A stretch of DNA of 64,000 nt. It comes from an uncultured Oscillospiraceae bacterium. GTDB taxonomy: Bacteria > Bacillota > Clostridia > Oscillospirales > Oscillospiraceae. Positions 9,794-19,600 of this stretch are shown here, piece by piece. The stretch's first letter is position 1. Each line of letters opens with the position of its first letter. The translations under genes were made by a program, and so were the position numbers. The stretch is from contig CALXDR010000004.1 in assembly GCA_944387115.1 (NCBI GenBank), positions 699-64,698 on the forward strand, written 5' to 3'. Under the pieces are notes generated by a model. That model searched no databases. It was not told where the DNA came from and was given only the letters and a program-made list of their open reading frames with translations.

Positions 9794-10924
9794 ATGAACA
9801 TGAGTGAGCGGTTGGCAGTGGTGGTGAGGCCGGATATCGCACCAGGCCAGCGTGTGCTGGCAATCAGCGACATCCACGGCAATCTGCCCTTTCTCCGGGG
9901 GGTGCTGGACAAGGCACGCTTTACCCCGGAGGATGTGCTGGTGCTGGTGGGGGATTTGATTGAGAAGGGGGAGGACAGCCTAGGGGTGCTGCGCTATGTG
10001 ATGCAATTGCAGCGCACCCACAAGGTGTATCCCCTGTGTGGAAACTGCGACCGCTGGACGGTGCGTTTCCTGCGGGGAGAGGAGGGGACGGAGGATAAGC
10101 TTCTGCCCTACTTCCAGTTCCGCAGGGCGCGTGCGCTGGCCATTCAGATGGGGCGGGAGTTGGGGCTGGATGTCCCGGAAACCAAGGAGGATATGGTGCG
10201 GCTGCGCCAGGCGCTGTGGGAGCATATGCCCCGGGAGTGCCAGTTCCTGCTGGATATGCCCCAGGTGCTGGAGGCAGGCAACTTCATCTTCGCCCACGGC
10301 GGCGTGATGCGGGATGAGAACCTGGATACGCTGCCCGCAGATGGGTGCATGGGCTGGGACAACTTCCTGGGGGAGGGATTGTCCTTCCGCAAGTGGGTGG
10401 TGGTGGGACACTGGCCTGTCACCCTCTACAATCCCAGGGTACCCACCGCACGCCCCCTGATTTTGCCCCAACGGCACATTGCGTCCATTGACGGCGGGTG
10501 TGTGCTCAAGGTGGACGGGCAGCTCAACGCCCTCATCATCCCCGATGTGTACGGGGAGGCGCTGGACTATGTGGCCTATGACGGGCTGCCTGTGGTGGTG
10601 GCAGAAGAGGACCAGGCCCCTTCTCAGGACTCCATCAACATCCGCTGGAGCGACAGGACTGTGGAGATCCTCCGGGAGGAGGGGGACGGCTGCTGGTGCC
10701 GCCATGTGAGCAGCGGGCGGGAAGTGTGGATTTTGCGGGAGTACCTCTACTTCCAAAAGGATGGAACCGTCCACTGTGAGGACAGCACCGACTATCTGCT
10801 GCCCGTCACCGCTGGAGAGCGGCTGTCCCTGGTGCGCCGGTGCAGCCGGGGTATTCTGGCCAAAAAGGATGGCGTCACCGGGTGGTACCGGGGAAAATTT
10901 CGTGAGATTACCGACGACAAGTAA
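9794..10924 (+). CDS. Calcineurin-like metallophosphoesterase with C-terminal extension
   Basis: DIHG, GDLIEKG, GNCD (GNH[D/E] variant), FAHGG, VVGHWP, IDGGC motifs. Confidence 0.88.
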   Translation: MNMSERLAVVVRPDIAPGQRVLAISDIHGNLPFLRGVLDKARFTPEDVLVLVGDLIEKGEDSLGVLRYVMQLQRTHKVYPLCGNCDRWTVRFLRGEEGTEDKLLPYFQFRRARALAIQMGRELGLDVPETKEDMVRLRQALWEHMPRECQFLLDMPQVLEAGNFIFAHGGVMRDENLDTLPADGCMGWDNFLGEGLSFRKWVVVGHWPVTLYNPRVPTARPLILPQRHIASIDGGCVLKVDGQLNALIIPDVYGEALDYVAYDGLPVVVAEEDQAPSQDSINIRWSDRTVEILREEGDGCWCRHVSSGREVWILREYLYFQKDGTVHCEDSTDYLLPVTAGERLSLVRRCSRGILAKKDGVTGWYRGKFREITDDK

Positions 10925-10935
10925 GGAGAACGAGC

Positions 10936-12342
10936 ATGAGCAACAAGTTTGATGTGATGGTTTTGGGCACTGGCGAGGCGGGCATCTTTGCCGCCTACGA
11001 GCTGGCCCTCAAAGCGCCGGGAGCCAAGGTGCTGGTGGTGGACCAGGGTGCGGATATTTACCACCGCAGCTGTCCCATTGTGGCAGGCAAGGTGAAAAAC
11101 TGCATCCAGTGCAAGGTGTGCGACACCATGTGCGGCTTTGGCGGCGCAGGTGCGTTCTCCGATGGCAAATACAACTTCACCACTGCATTCGGCGGCTGGC
11201 TCACCGACTTTTTGGACGAGCGGGAAGTGATGGAGCTGATTGACTATGTGGACGAGCTGAATGTGAAGCACGGGGCCACCACCGAGGTCTATTCCACTGC
11301 CACCCCCGCCGCCCGCGCCCTGGAGAAGCAGGCGCTGCAGCATGACCTGCATCTGCTCCAGGCTCGATGCAAGCACCTGGGCACGGAGAACAATCTGCGC
11401 ATCCTCACCAACATCTATGAGCACATTCGGGACAAGCACACCTTCCTCTTCCACACCGCTGTGGAGGAGATTCTCACCGACAACGAGGGGCACTACACCC
11501 TGGTGACCAGCAAGGGTGAGCGCTACACGGCTCCCTATCTCATTGCCGGGCCCGGCCGCTCCGGTGCGGAGTGGTTTGCCAACCAGTGCAAGAAGCTGGG
11601 GCTGGAGCTGCTCAACAACCAGGTGGATGTGGGCGTGCGTGTGGAGCTGCCCGCCACCGTGTTCGAGCACATCACCGATGTGGTGTACGAGTCCAAGCTG
11701 GTCTACCGCACCAAGCAGTACGGCGACCACGTGCGCACCTTCTGCATGAACCCCTATGGTCACGTGGTGGCGGAGAACGTGGAGGGCATCAACACTGTCA
11801 ACGGGCACTCCTATTCCGACCCCGCTCTGCGCAGCCAGAACACCAACTTTGCCCTGCTGGTGTCCAACCGCTTTACCTCCCCCTTCAATGAGCCCTATCG
11901 CTACGGCAAGCATATTGCCTCTCTGAGCAATATGCTGGCTGGCGGCGTACTGGTGCAGCGCTTTGGGGATCTTGTCAGCGGCATCCGCACCAATGAGCAC
12001 CGTTTGAGCAAGTCCTTCACCCGGCCCACTCTCACCGCCGCTGTGCCCGGTGACTTGTCCCTGGCCCTGCCCAAGCGCCAGCTGGATGACATCATTGAGA
12101 TGATTTATGCCCTGGACAAGCTGGCTCCCGGCACTGCCAACTACGACACGCTGCTCTATGGCGCTGAAGTGAAGTTCTACTCGGCCCGCATCAGCCTGTC
12201 CAACCAGCTGGAGACTGCCCTGCCCGGCTTCTTCGCTGTGGGTGACGGTGCTGGCGTCACCCGTGGCCTGGCTCAGGCAGGCGCTTCCGGCGTCAAGGCC
12301 GCCCGTGTGGTGGCTGAGCGCATGAATGGCGCAGGGGTGTAA
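10936..12342 (+). CDS. NAD(P)/FAD-dependent oxidoreductase (uncharacterised FAD-dependent dehydrogenase family)
   Basis: N-terminal GxGxxG variant GTGEAG, GFGGAGAFSDGK, TFCMNPYG, VGDGAGVTRGL. Confidence 0.88.
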   Translation: MSNKFDVMVLGTGEAGIFAAYELALKAPGAKVLVVDQGADIYHRSCPIVAGKVKNCIQCKVCDTMCGFGGAGAFSDGKYNFTTAFGGWLTDFLDEREVMELIDYVDELNVKHGATTEVYSTATPAARALEKQALQHDLHLLQARCKHLGTENNLRILTNIYEHIRDKHTFLFHTAVEEILTDNEGHYTLVTSKGERYTAPYLIAGPGRSGAEWFANQCKKLGLELLNNQVDVGVRVELPATVFEHITDVVYESKLVYRTKQYGDHVRTFCMNPYGHVVAENVEGINTVNGHSYSDPALRSQNTNFALLVSNRFTSPFNEPYRYGKHIASLSNMLAGGVLVQRFGDLVSGIRTNEHRLSKSFTRPTLTAAVPGDLSLALPKRQLDDIIEMIYALDKLAPGTANYDTLLYGAEVKFYSARISLSNQLETALPGFFAVGDGAGVTRGLAQAGASGVKAARVVAERMNGAGV

Positions 12343-12357
12343 GCCCTGATGGATTGA

Positions 12358-12391
12358 AAACTGCCCGCCCCCGTGAGGGGGCGGGCAGTTT
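12358..12391 (+). terminator. Intrinsic terminator after oxidoreductase
   Basis: AAACTGCCCGCCCCC-GTGA-GGGGGCGGGCAGTTT. Confidence 0.85.
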
Positions 12392-12434
12392 GTGCGTGGA
12401 GGGGTAAATTTCAATGGAAGTAAGGGCTGGTGCG

Positions 12435-12668
12435 CCTGCATCCTATTAAAAAAGGCCTTGGGGGTTTGGGATGGCTCGGACGCTTCTAAGATGTCACGCC
12501 TCGCCTGCTCACGACGCTCGGCTTCCCTCCGATTCGGGACACAAACAGGCCGGCCGTGCCGTCCTTGGTTTGTATCCCTCACTTCGGTCCATCCGAGCTG
12601 TTCGCAACGGCTCGGACGCTTCTAAGATGTCACGCCTCGCCTGCTCGCGACGGCTCGGGCGCTTCTAA
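12435..12668 (-). repeat. Mosaic palindromic repeat array 2
   Basis: Reverse strand reads GAAGCGCCCGAGCC...GAAGCGTCCGAGCCGTTGCGAAC...GAAGCGTCCGAGCC followed by a degenerate T-module start. Confidence 0.88.
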
Positions 12669-13005
12669 TCAAACATATGCTCTAGGTTCCGATAATCCGG
12701 CGTTGTGGAAGTTGGGGGGATGAAGTGTATCGAAGTTTGGCGCATTTTTGGAGAAAAAGCGATATTTTTTCTCCAAAAAGCGTACTTCAACAACTTCAAC
12801 ATAGTTTTCAACAAACAAAGATAGGATGTGGAACCTGAGGGAGGTAGACATAACAAAAATCACGCAAGGAGAATGCTGGGAGATTTTTGGGGATATTGGA
12901 GGTCGAAACGGGGGATTTCTCCACAGCAGCGCACTTTTCCATGGGGGAGAGAGGGCTGGGGGGTGAGGCGGTGGAGAGGGGGTGTCTTTGTGGAAGGCGG
13001 AAACG

Positions 13006-13040
13006 AACAGCCCTGGGCCACAGCTTGGCCCAGGGCTGTT
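13006..13040 (-). terminator. Terminator downstream of pepF
   Basis: AACAGCCCTGGGCCA...TGGCCCAGGGCTGTT inverted repeat. Confidence 0.75.
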
Positions 13041-13097
13041 ATTGCAGCAATCAGAGCATGGGAGGGGATGGGGCTGAGGGTACGCCGGAGGGACAGA

Positions 13098-14906
13098 TTA
13101 CTCTGCCAGCAGGTGCTCCATCTCGTCCAGCAGGGTGTCGAACAGATTCAGGGCGTTCTGAATGGGCTGGGCGCTGGTCATGTCCACCCCTGCGCCCTTG
13201 AGCAGGTCGATGGGGTCCTTGGAGCAGCCGCCGGAGAGGAATGCCAGATAATCCTTCACCGCCTGCTCCCCTTCGGTCAGGATGCGCTGGGACAGGGCGA
13301 TGGCGGCAGAGTAGCCGGTGGCGTACTGGTACACGTAGTAGTTGTAGTAGAAGTGGGGGATGCGGGACCACTCCAGGGCAATCTCCGGGTCGCACACCAC
13401 ATCGGGGCCGTAGTACTTCTCGTTGAGGGCCTTGTACTCCCGGCTGAGCACGTCGGCGGTGAGGGGCTCGCCCTGGGCGGTGAGCTGGTTCATGCGCAGC
13501 TCAAACTCCGCAAACTGGGTCTGGCGGTACAAAGTGCCCTTAAACTGGTCCAGGAAGTGGTTGATGAGATAGATGCGGGAGGCTTTGTCCGTGGTATTGG
13601 CCAGCAGGTACTGCATGAGCAGTGCCTCGTTGCAGGTGGAGGCAACCTCCGCCACGAAAATCACATAGCTGCGGTAGGCGGGGTGCTGGCCCTGGGTGGA
13701 CAGGTAGGAGTGGAGGGCGTGACCCATCTCGTGGGCCAGGGTGAACATACTGTCCAGGGTGTCCTTGTGGTTGAGCAGCACATAGGGGTGGGGGAGACAG
13801 AAGCCGGAGGAGTAGGCGCCAGAGCGCTTGCCCACATTCTCGTAGACATCAATCCAGCGGTTGTCAAAGGCCTCCTTCAAAATGGCCCGGTACCCCTCAC
13901 CCAGGGGGGCAAGGGCCTGGTACACCGTCTCCTTGGCCTGTTCATAGGGGATGACCTGATCGGCATCTGCCACCATGGGGACGGCCAGGTCGTACATATG
14001 CATCTCATCCAGACCCAGAACCTGCTTGCGCAGCTTCATGTACCGGTGGAGCTTGTCCAGGTTGGCGTTCACCGTGTCAATCAGGGTGTGATACACCGAC
14101 TCGGGCACCCGGGTGCTGCTCAATGCGGCGCTGAGGGTATTGGGATAGTTTCGGGCCTGTGCGAAGAACTTCAGCTTCTGCATCTGGCCGGACAGGGAGG
14201 CCGCCAGCGTGTTTTTCATGCCGCCATAGGTTTGATACATGGTCTGGAAGGCGGACTGGCGCAGGGCACGGTCGCTGCTCTCCAGCAGAGGGATGTAGGC
14301 GCCGTTGCTCATGGGATGGGGGCGGCCCTCGCCGTCCAGGGCATCGGGGAAGGTGAGGTCGGCGTTGGACAGCTTGGAAAACACTTCGGTGGGCACATTG
14401 CACACCTGGCTGGCGGCAGCCAGCAGCTGTTCCTCCCGGTCAGAGAGGATGTGCGCCCGCTTGTCCCGCTGGCGGGTAAACATCAGGCGGTAAACCTCCA
14501 GGCGGGGTTCCTGGGCATAGAAGCCCTCCAAGGTCTCATCGGAAATGCCCAGCAGCTCCGGAGTGGAGAAGGCGGTGGCGCTGCTGGCCTGAGAGAGCAG
14601 GGAGAAGGCCTTGCTGGACATGGCCTGATACTCGGGCACCCGGGTGTCCTGGTCATACTTGCGCTGGGCGTAGTTGTACAGCTGGGACAGGGCGGTGTTT
14701 ACCTCCGTGTACAGCTCGGTGAAGGCCAAAAGGGTGGCGGCATCCTGGCCCAGACGGCCTTTGTACGCCTCCAGCTGGGGCAGAAGGTGCAGGGTCTTGT
14801 CGTACTCCGCCTGCCAGACCTCGTCAGAGGCAAACATATGGGTGGTATCCCAGGTGTGCTCCTGGGGGATTTGACTGCGCTCGGGCACAGTGTTGCGTTC
14901 TGCCAT
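13098..14906 (-). CDS. pepF: Oligoendopeptidase F (M3B)
   Basis: KRSGAYS, zincin HEMGH, FVAEVASTCNE, WSRIPHFY; start MAERNTVPERSQIP. Confidence 0.96.
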   Translation of the reverse strand: MAERNTVPERSQIPQEHTWDTTHMFASDEVWQAEYDKTLHLLPQLEAYKGRLGQDAATLLAFTELYTEVNTALSQLYNYAQRKYDQDTRVPEYQAMSSKAFSLLSQASSATAFSTPELLGISDETLEGFYAQEPRLEVYRLMFTRQRDKRAHILSDREEQLLAAASQVCNVPTEVFSKLSNADLTFPDALDGEGRPHPMSNGAYIPLLESSDRALRQSAFQTMYQTYGGMKNTLAASLSGQMQKLKFFAQARNYPNTLSAALSSTRVPESVYHTLIDTVNANLDKLHRYMKLRKQVLGLDEMHMYDLAVPMVADADQVIPYEQAKETVYQALAPLGEGYRAILKEAFDNRWIDVYENVGKRSGAYSSGFCLPHPYVLLNHKDTLDSMFTLAHEMGHALHSYLSTQGQHPAYRSYVIFVAEVASTCNEALLMQYLLANTTDKASRIYLINHFLDQFKGTLYRQTQFAEFELRMNQLTAQGEPLTADVLSREYKALNEKYYGPDVVCDPEIALEWSRIPHFYYNYYVYQYATGYSAAIALSQRILTEGEQAVKDYLAFLSGGCSKDPIDLLKGAGVDMTSAQPIQNALNLFDTLLDEMEHLLAE

Positions 14907-15004
14907 GGGTTGTTCCTCCAAAGTTAGATTTGTTGCGGCTGACTTTAGCATATCACACCAGCAGAGAATATGCAATAAAAAGTCGGGGGGAGGCGGGGGA
15001 GGCG

Positions 15005-15832
15005 TTACCCCTCCCGGGCAAACAGGTGCACCCGAAAATCCATGGTCACATCCAGGCCCTCCAGGGCGGACAGCCGCTCCACCCCCTCCTTTGGGGTTTT
15101 CCAGGCGTAGGGGGTCATGCGGAACAGGTCCATCAAGGTCTGCCGATCCCTAATGTGCATGGTCTGGGTGACGGGGAGAATGTCCAGATAGGAAAATCCG
15201 GGATAGGTCACTGCCTCCTCTGGATTGCGGTAGGGCTGGGGGTAGAGCACCTGCTTGAGCTCCATCAGGTGGTCAGGTGCGGGGACCACGTAGAGAAACA
15301 CCCCGCCGGGGCGCACCACCCGCCGGTATTCCTCCGCCGCCAGAGGGGCAAAGCAGTCCACCAGCACATCCACGGCGCTGTCCGCAACAGGCAAGTGATA
15401 CACCGAGGCCACGGCAAACTCCCCCTGGGGGGCGCGCCGGGCAGCCTTTTTCAGGGCGAATTTGGACAGGTCAATCCCCGCCACCCGGGCCTGCCGTCCG
15501 GCCCGCTCCAGGGTCTGGTACAGTCCCTGGGTGTAGTACCCCTCCCCGCATCCGGCGTCCAGCACGGCGCACTGGTGCGGTGTGTGCTCCAGGGTCAGGC
15601 GGCACAGGGTGTCCCGCAGGGGGGCGTACCAGCCGCCGTCCAGAAAGCGGGTGCGGGCGGCAGCCATCTCCCTGTCGTCGCCGGGGTTGGCAGAGTGCTT
15701 TTTGTTGGCGGGGAGCAGGTGAACATATCCCTCACGGGCCATGTCGTAGCAGTGGCCCTGGCTGCATCGGTAGGTACGCCCATCCCGCTGGAGGGGATGG
15801 GCGCAGATGGGGCAGGAAAATAAGCTTGTCAT
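15005..15832 (-). CDS. rlmA: RlmA-like 23S rRNA (guanine-N1)-methyltransferase
   Basis: Zn ribbon CPIC...C...H, AREGYVHLL, SAM motif LDAGCGEGYY. Confidence 0.85.
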   Translation of the reverse strand: MTSLFSCPICAHPLQRDGRTYRCSQGHCYDMAREGYVHLLPANKKHSANPGDDREMAAARTRFLDGGWYAPLRDTLCRLTLEHTPHQCAVLDAGCGEGYYTQGLYQTLERAGRQARVAGIDLSKFALKKAARRAPQGEFAVASVYHLPVADSAVDVLVDCFAPLAAEEYRRVVRPGGVFLYVVPAPDHLMELKQVLYPQPYRNPEEAVTYPGFSYLDILPVTQTMHIRDRQTLMDLFRMTPYAWKTPKEGVERLSALEGLDVTMDFRVHLFAREG

Positions 15833-15845
15833 GGGAATACCTCAA

Positions 15846-17498
15846 TTATTTTACACGGAAGGTTTTGGGGGAGCGGCACCACACCAGGGTAAAGATCACC
15901 ACGCTGTACACCACGGTGATGGCCAGCAGGGTGACGGTAATCAAGGTGGTATGGGACGCCACATCAATCCAATCGGATAGCCGGAGGGGCAGATAGCAGA
16001 ACAGGTACATGAGCACGCTGGACAGGGTAAAGAAGGGGTTTTGGCGCTCCAAAGTGCTGGTGTAGGGCTGAAGCAGGTAGTACATACCCAGACAGTGTAC
16101 GGAGAAAAACACGGAGAGCACCATCAAAGAGGCGTAAAACAGGCCGAAGGACACCCAATCGGCCTGCGCACCGCTGACCAGCACAAAGACGGTGAACATC
16201 CCGCACAGGGAGAGGGAGAGGGAGCCGGTGAGCAGGCACAGCTTTTTCAGGCGCAGGAGAAAGCTGCGCAATATGGCCTGGGGGTGGCGGTACCAGTTGT
16301 AGCGCAGCAGAGACAGGTCGCAGTTGTGGAACATGGCCCGGCAGGCCCGTGCGCACAGGTTGTCATCCACAGCGTAGAGCAGGAACATACACACGGGCAG
16401 GGAGCTGGGCAGCAGGCGGATAACTTCCGTCAATTCGGGGATGGGGAAGAGGGCGATGAACACACTTCCCAACACCGTGAGGACGCCCACCGCTGCCATT
16501 GTGAGGAGGAATGGGCGGTAGACAATGCGGCGGTGACGGTGGAAGAACAGCTCCTGCAAATAGGCCCAGCCCTCCAGATGGTCAAAACGGGACGGGAGGG
16601 TGAGGGTGGCGTGCAAATCCGCCTCAGACAGCTTCACCTGGGAGAAGTTGGCCTCTTCCCCGGAGACACGGCGCAGGGCCTCAGCCTGCTTGGCGTAGCA
16701 CTGGATGGTCAGCCGGAAATAGCGGGGGAAGCGCAGCAGAACGGCCACGCTCCCCAGCCCTGCTGCGGCAAACAGTGCAGCGCACAGCGGGTGCGTCAGG
16801 ATGGTGTGGATGGGGAAGAGGTTTTCTGCTATCAGCGGGGGGAACAGGGAGAGCGCCAGACAGCCCCCGATGCTGATGGCGAGATACCACATGGAGTGGT
16901 TGATCAGCACGCCCGTCCAGCGGTAGATACTCAGGTGAAAGACCTCGCCTGCCAGGCGGGCGCACAGCAGCTCTGCGGCCAGGACGGCGCCCATCCACAC
17001 AGGCAGCTCCATCAGCAGGCAGGCGCCCATCAGGCAGGGGAAAAAGGCCAGTGCGGTGGTGACGTGCTCGAGGAGGATGTTGGCGATTTGGCAGCGGCGG
17101 GCATCCATGCCCATCATGCGCACCAGGGTGTACTTCAGCTCCACATTTTGGGTGAAGGAGGGGAGGGTGATGCTCCCCATCAGCAGAGAAAAGCCGGAAA
17201 AAATCCAGAAAAAGCGGGGCTGCGCATAGGCCAGGGTGAACTGCGGCAGTTCCATGGATTCGGCAAAAAAGAGGATGGGGATAAAGCAGGCCAGAAAGAG
17301 ATAGGTTCCCTTTTTGACCACGCTCACAAGGGCATTGAGCAGGCTGAGCAGAAGAAACACCAGGCGTTTGGAGTCCACCGAGCGGTAGAGCTGATCCAGT
17401 CCCAGGCGCTTGAGGAGGGGGAGACGGGCGGTGAAGTGAATCAGGCTGTTGAGTGCCAGCGTGGATTTCAGCTGGGCAATGAGCAATGCGTCAGACAT
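15846..17498 (-). CDS. Multi-pass membrane protein, putative ABC transporter permease
   Basis: ~550 aa with many hydrophobic segments; overlaps upstream ABC ATPase. Confidence 0.7.
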   Translation of the reverse strand: MSDALLIAQLKSTLALNSLIHFTARLPLLKRLGLDQLYRSVDSKRLVFLLLSLLNALVSVVKKGTYLFLACFIPILFFAESMELPQFTLAYAQPRFFWIFSGFSLLMGSITLPSFTQNVELKYTLVRMMGMDARRCQIANILLEHVTTALAFFPCLMGACLLMELPVWMGAVLAAELLCARLAGEVFHLSIYRWTGVLINHSMWYLAISIGGCLALSLFPPLIAENLFPIHTILTHPLCAALFAAAGLGSVAVLLRFPRYFRLTIQCYAKQAEALRRVSGEEANFSQVKLSEADLHATLTLPSRFDHLEGWAYLQELFFHRHRRIVYRPFLLTMAAVGVLTVLGSVFIALFPIPELTEVIRLLPSSLPVCMFLLYAVDDNLCARACRAMFHNCDLSLLRYNWYRHPQAILRSFLLRLKKLCLLTGSLSLSLCGMFTVFVLVSGAQADWVSFGLFYASLMVLSVFFSVHCLGMYYLLQPYTSTLERQNPFFTLSSVLMYLFCYLPLRLSDWIDVASHTTLITVTLLAITVVYSVVIFTLVWCRSPKTFRVK

Positions 17499-18204
17499 GG
17501 TCGGGTTCCTCCGGCGCATCCTGAAGGATTTCCACGATTTTAGACTCAAACTCCGGGTCATGGATGAGGGAGGGGGACACCTCCTCCAGCAGGCCATGGT
17601 TGAGCACCACAATGTGGTCGCACAGGTCTGTGGCCAGCTGGAGAATATGGGTGGAGAGGATGAGGATGTGCTCATGGCGCATTTCCCACAGCAGGCGCTT
17701 CATCTCCAGGGAAGCCACCACATCCAGGGAGGTGAGGGGCTCATCCAGCAAAATCACAGGGGGACGCTGTATGAGCAGACAGAGCATCTGGATTTTGTTC
17801 TTCATGCCGTGGGAATAATCCCCCAGCAGGCGGTGGCGGTCCTCTTCGGGAATGCCCACCAGCTCCAGCCATTGGTCGGGGGTGCGGGTCTGAGCGGGCT
17901 TTACAATGCGCAGAAAGAACTTGACGAATTCATAGCCGGTGAGAAAGTCGGGCACCACCGGCGTGGAGAGCACATAGCCCACGTCCTGCTGGGTGAGGGG
18001 GCGTGCGCCCTTGCTGTCCTCCAGGAGGATGGTGCCGCTGTCCGGGGGGAATTCGTCAGAAAGACAGTTGAACAGGGTGGTTTTTCCTGAGCCGTTGCGG
18101 CCCAGCAGGGCGTATACGCCCCCCTGCTGAAAGGTGAAGCTGGCGCCCTTGAGCACCTGCTTGGTGCCAAAGCTCTTGGTGATGTCACGAATGGTCAGTT
18201 GCAT
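17491..18204 (-). CDS. ABC transporter ATP-binding protein
   Basis: Walker A GRNGSGKTT, signature YSHGMK, Walker B ILLDEP, STH. Confidence 0.93.
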   Translation of the reverse strand: MQLTIRDITKSFGTKQVLKGASFTFQQGGVYALLGRNGSGKTTLFNCLSDEFPPDSGTILLEDSKGARPLTQQDVGYVLSTPVVPDFLTGYEFVKFFLRIVKPAQTRTPDQWLELVGIPEEDRHRLLGDYSHGMKNKIQMLCLLIQRPPVILLDEPLTSLDVVASLEMKRLLWEMRHEHILILSTHILQLATDLCDHIVVLNHGLLEEVSPSLIHDPEFESKIVEILQDAPEEPDHV

Positions 18205-18254
18205 GGGTTGGTTCCTTTCTCTCTTCTCTTTTTATAGGGGTTGGGAGATGGTTT

Positions 18255-18412
18255 ATTCGGGGGGGCTGCGCACTTCTTTGTTGTCACGCCTCGCCTGTTC
18301 GCGACGGCTGGCTTCGCTCCGATTCGGAACAAAACCGGGTGGCTACGCCCCCCTGGGTTTTATTCCTCGCTTCGCTCCATCCAGCCTGCTCACGACGGCT
18401 CGGACGCTTCTA
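18255..18412 (-). repeat. Mosaic palindromic repeat array 3 (single unit)
   Basis: Begins in the TAG stop of the upstream permease (TAGAAGCGTCCGAGCC); close match to unit at 1850-1966. Confidence 0.9.
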
Positions 18413-19600
18413 TCTTTGAAACATCACCCGTTCACTATGGAACATCCGGGTGAGCACCCATACCCCCAGGGCGGTATAGCACAGGTTGGACGCCGCTGCC
18501 AGGGCCAGCAGATGGGGCTGAAGCTGGCCGGTGAAAATGCCGGAAATGCACTGCACGCTGTTGTAGAAGGGGATGAGGTATACCCACACCTGGGTGCTGG
18601 CTCCATCGCCAAACATGGCGGTCATACCCACCACCATCACCACCATCATCAGGGGGGTGACATAGGTCTGCGCCTCTTTCACCGTCTTTGCGAAGGCGGA
18701 CAGCAGGGACACGCAGGCCACAATGAGCAGCACAGTGACCAGCACCACCACAGCCAGGGCGGCATAGTGGGCCGGGGTGTAGGACAGGCTGATGCTCACT
18801 TCCCCTGTATCGGGTATCAGGTTGGGGATGGACAGCAGGGTGCCCAGGGTACTGGACAAGCCGGAGAGCAGGGCAATCAGGGACAGGGCCAAAATCTTGC
18901 CCAGGGCCAGATGGCTGCGCTTGACAGGGGTGATGAGCATGGTGGCGATGGTGCCCCGTTCTTTCTCACCGGCAATGGACTCAGGGGCCACCGCCATAGA
19001 GCCGGAGAAGAGGAAGATGAGCAGCAGCATGGGGAGCAAGGAGGAGAGGAAGGAGGCTCCCGCCTCATCTTCATTGGACAGGTCATACATTTCGCCGCCA
19101 TCCTGGTCGGAATTGACGTCAAACTTGTTGGCCAGGGTGGATTCGTACCCATCCAGCAGCTGGGCAACCATGGAATAGGCCGTCTGGGACTCGGTGCGGG
19201 CAGAGCAGTAATAGAGGGCCACAGCCGGGGCACGCTCCCCGGAGGCGGGGGTGTAGGCTGCCACGGCCTGGTCAAAGCCGTCGGGGAACACCGCCAGCAC
19301 ATCCAGCTCCTCGCCAGTCACCTGGGCCTTGCCCTGCTCTGCATCGGTCACGGGGACAAGCTCCAGGGGGAGTGCGCCCCCCTCTGCCAGCTGATTCAGC
19401 GAGTCGGGCAGATCCACCACGCCCACCTTGGGGATGAAGTCCTCATCCACAGTAAACTGGTTGGTCAGGGCGCTGCCCATAAAAGTATACATGACGAAAA
19501 TGAGCAGACCGGGCAGGAGGATGGTGCCCACCACCATCCGCTTATCCCCGAAAAAGCGAGCCAATTCCTTACGGAAAATTGTCCAAAGTCCAGATTTCAC
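18410..19600 (-). CDS. ABC-2 type permease, NatB-like
   Basis: IFRKEL start, IAGEKERGTIATMLITPVKR motif; GTG start. Confidence 0.88.
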   Translation of the reverse strand: MKSGLWTIFRKELARFFGDKRMVVGTILLPGLLIFVMYTFMGSALTNQFTVDEDFIPKVGVVDLPDSLNQLAEGGALPLELVPVTDAEQGKAQVTGEELDVLAVFPDGFDQAVAAYTPASGERAPAVALYYCSARTESQTAYSMVAQLLDGYESTLANKFDVNSDQDGGEMYDLSNEDEAGASFLSSLLPMLLLIFLFSGSMAVAPESIAGEKERGTIATMLITPVKRSHLALGKILALSLIALLSGLSSTLGTLLSIPNLIPDTGEVSISLSYTPAHYAALAVVVLVTVLLIVACVSLLSAFAKTVKEAQTYVTPLMMVVMVVGMTAMFGDGASTQVWVYLIPFYNSVQCISGIFTGQLQPHLLALAAASNLCYTALGVWVLTRMFHSERVMFQR

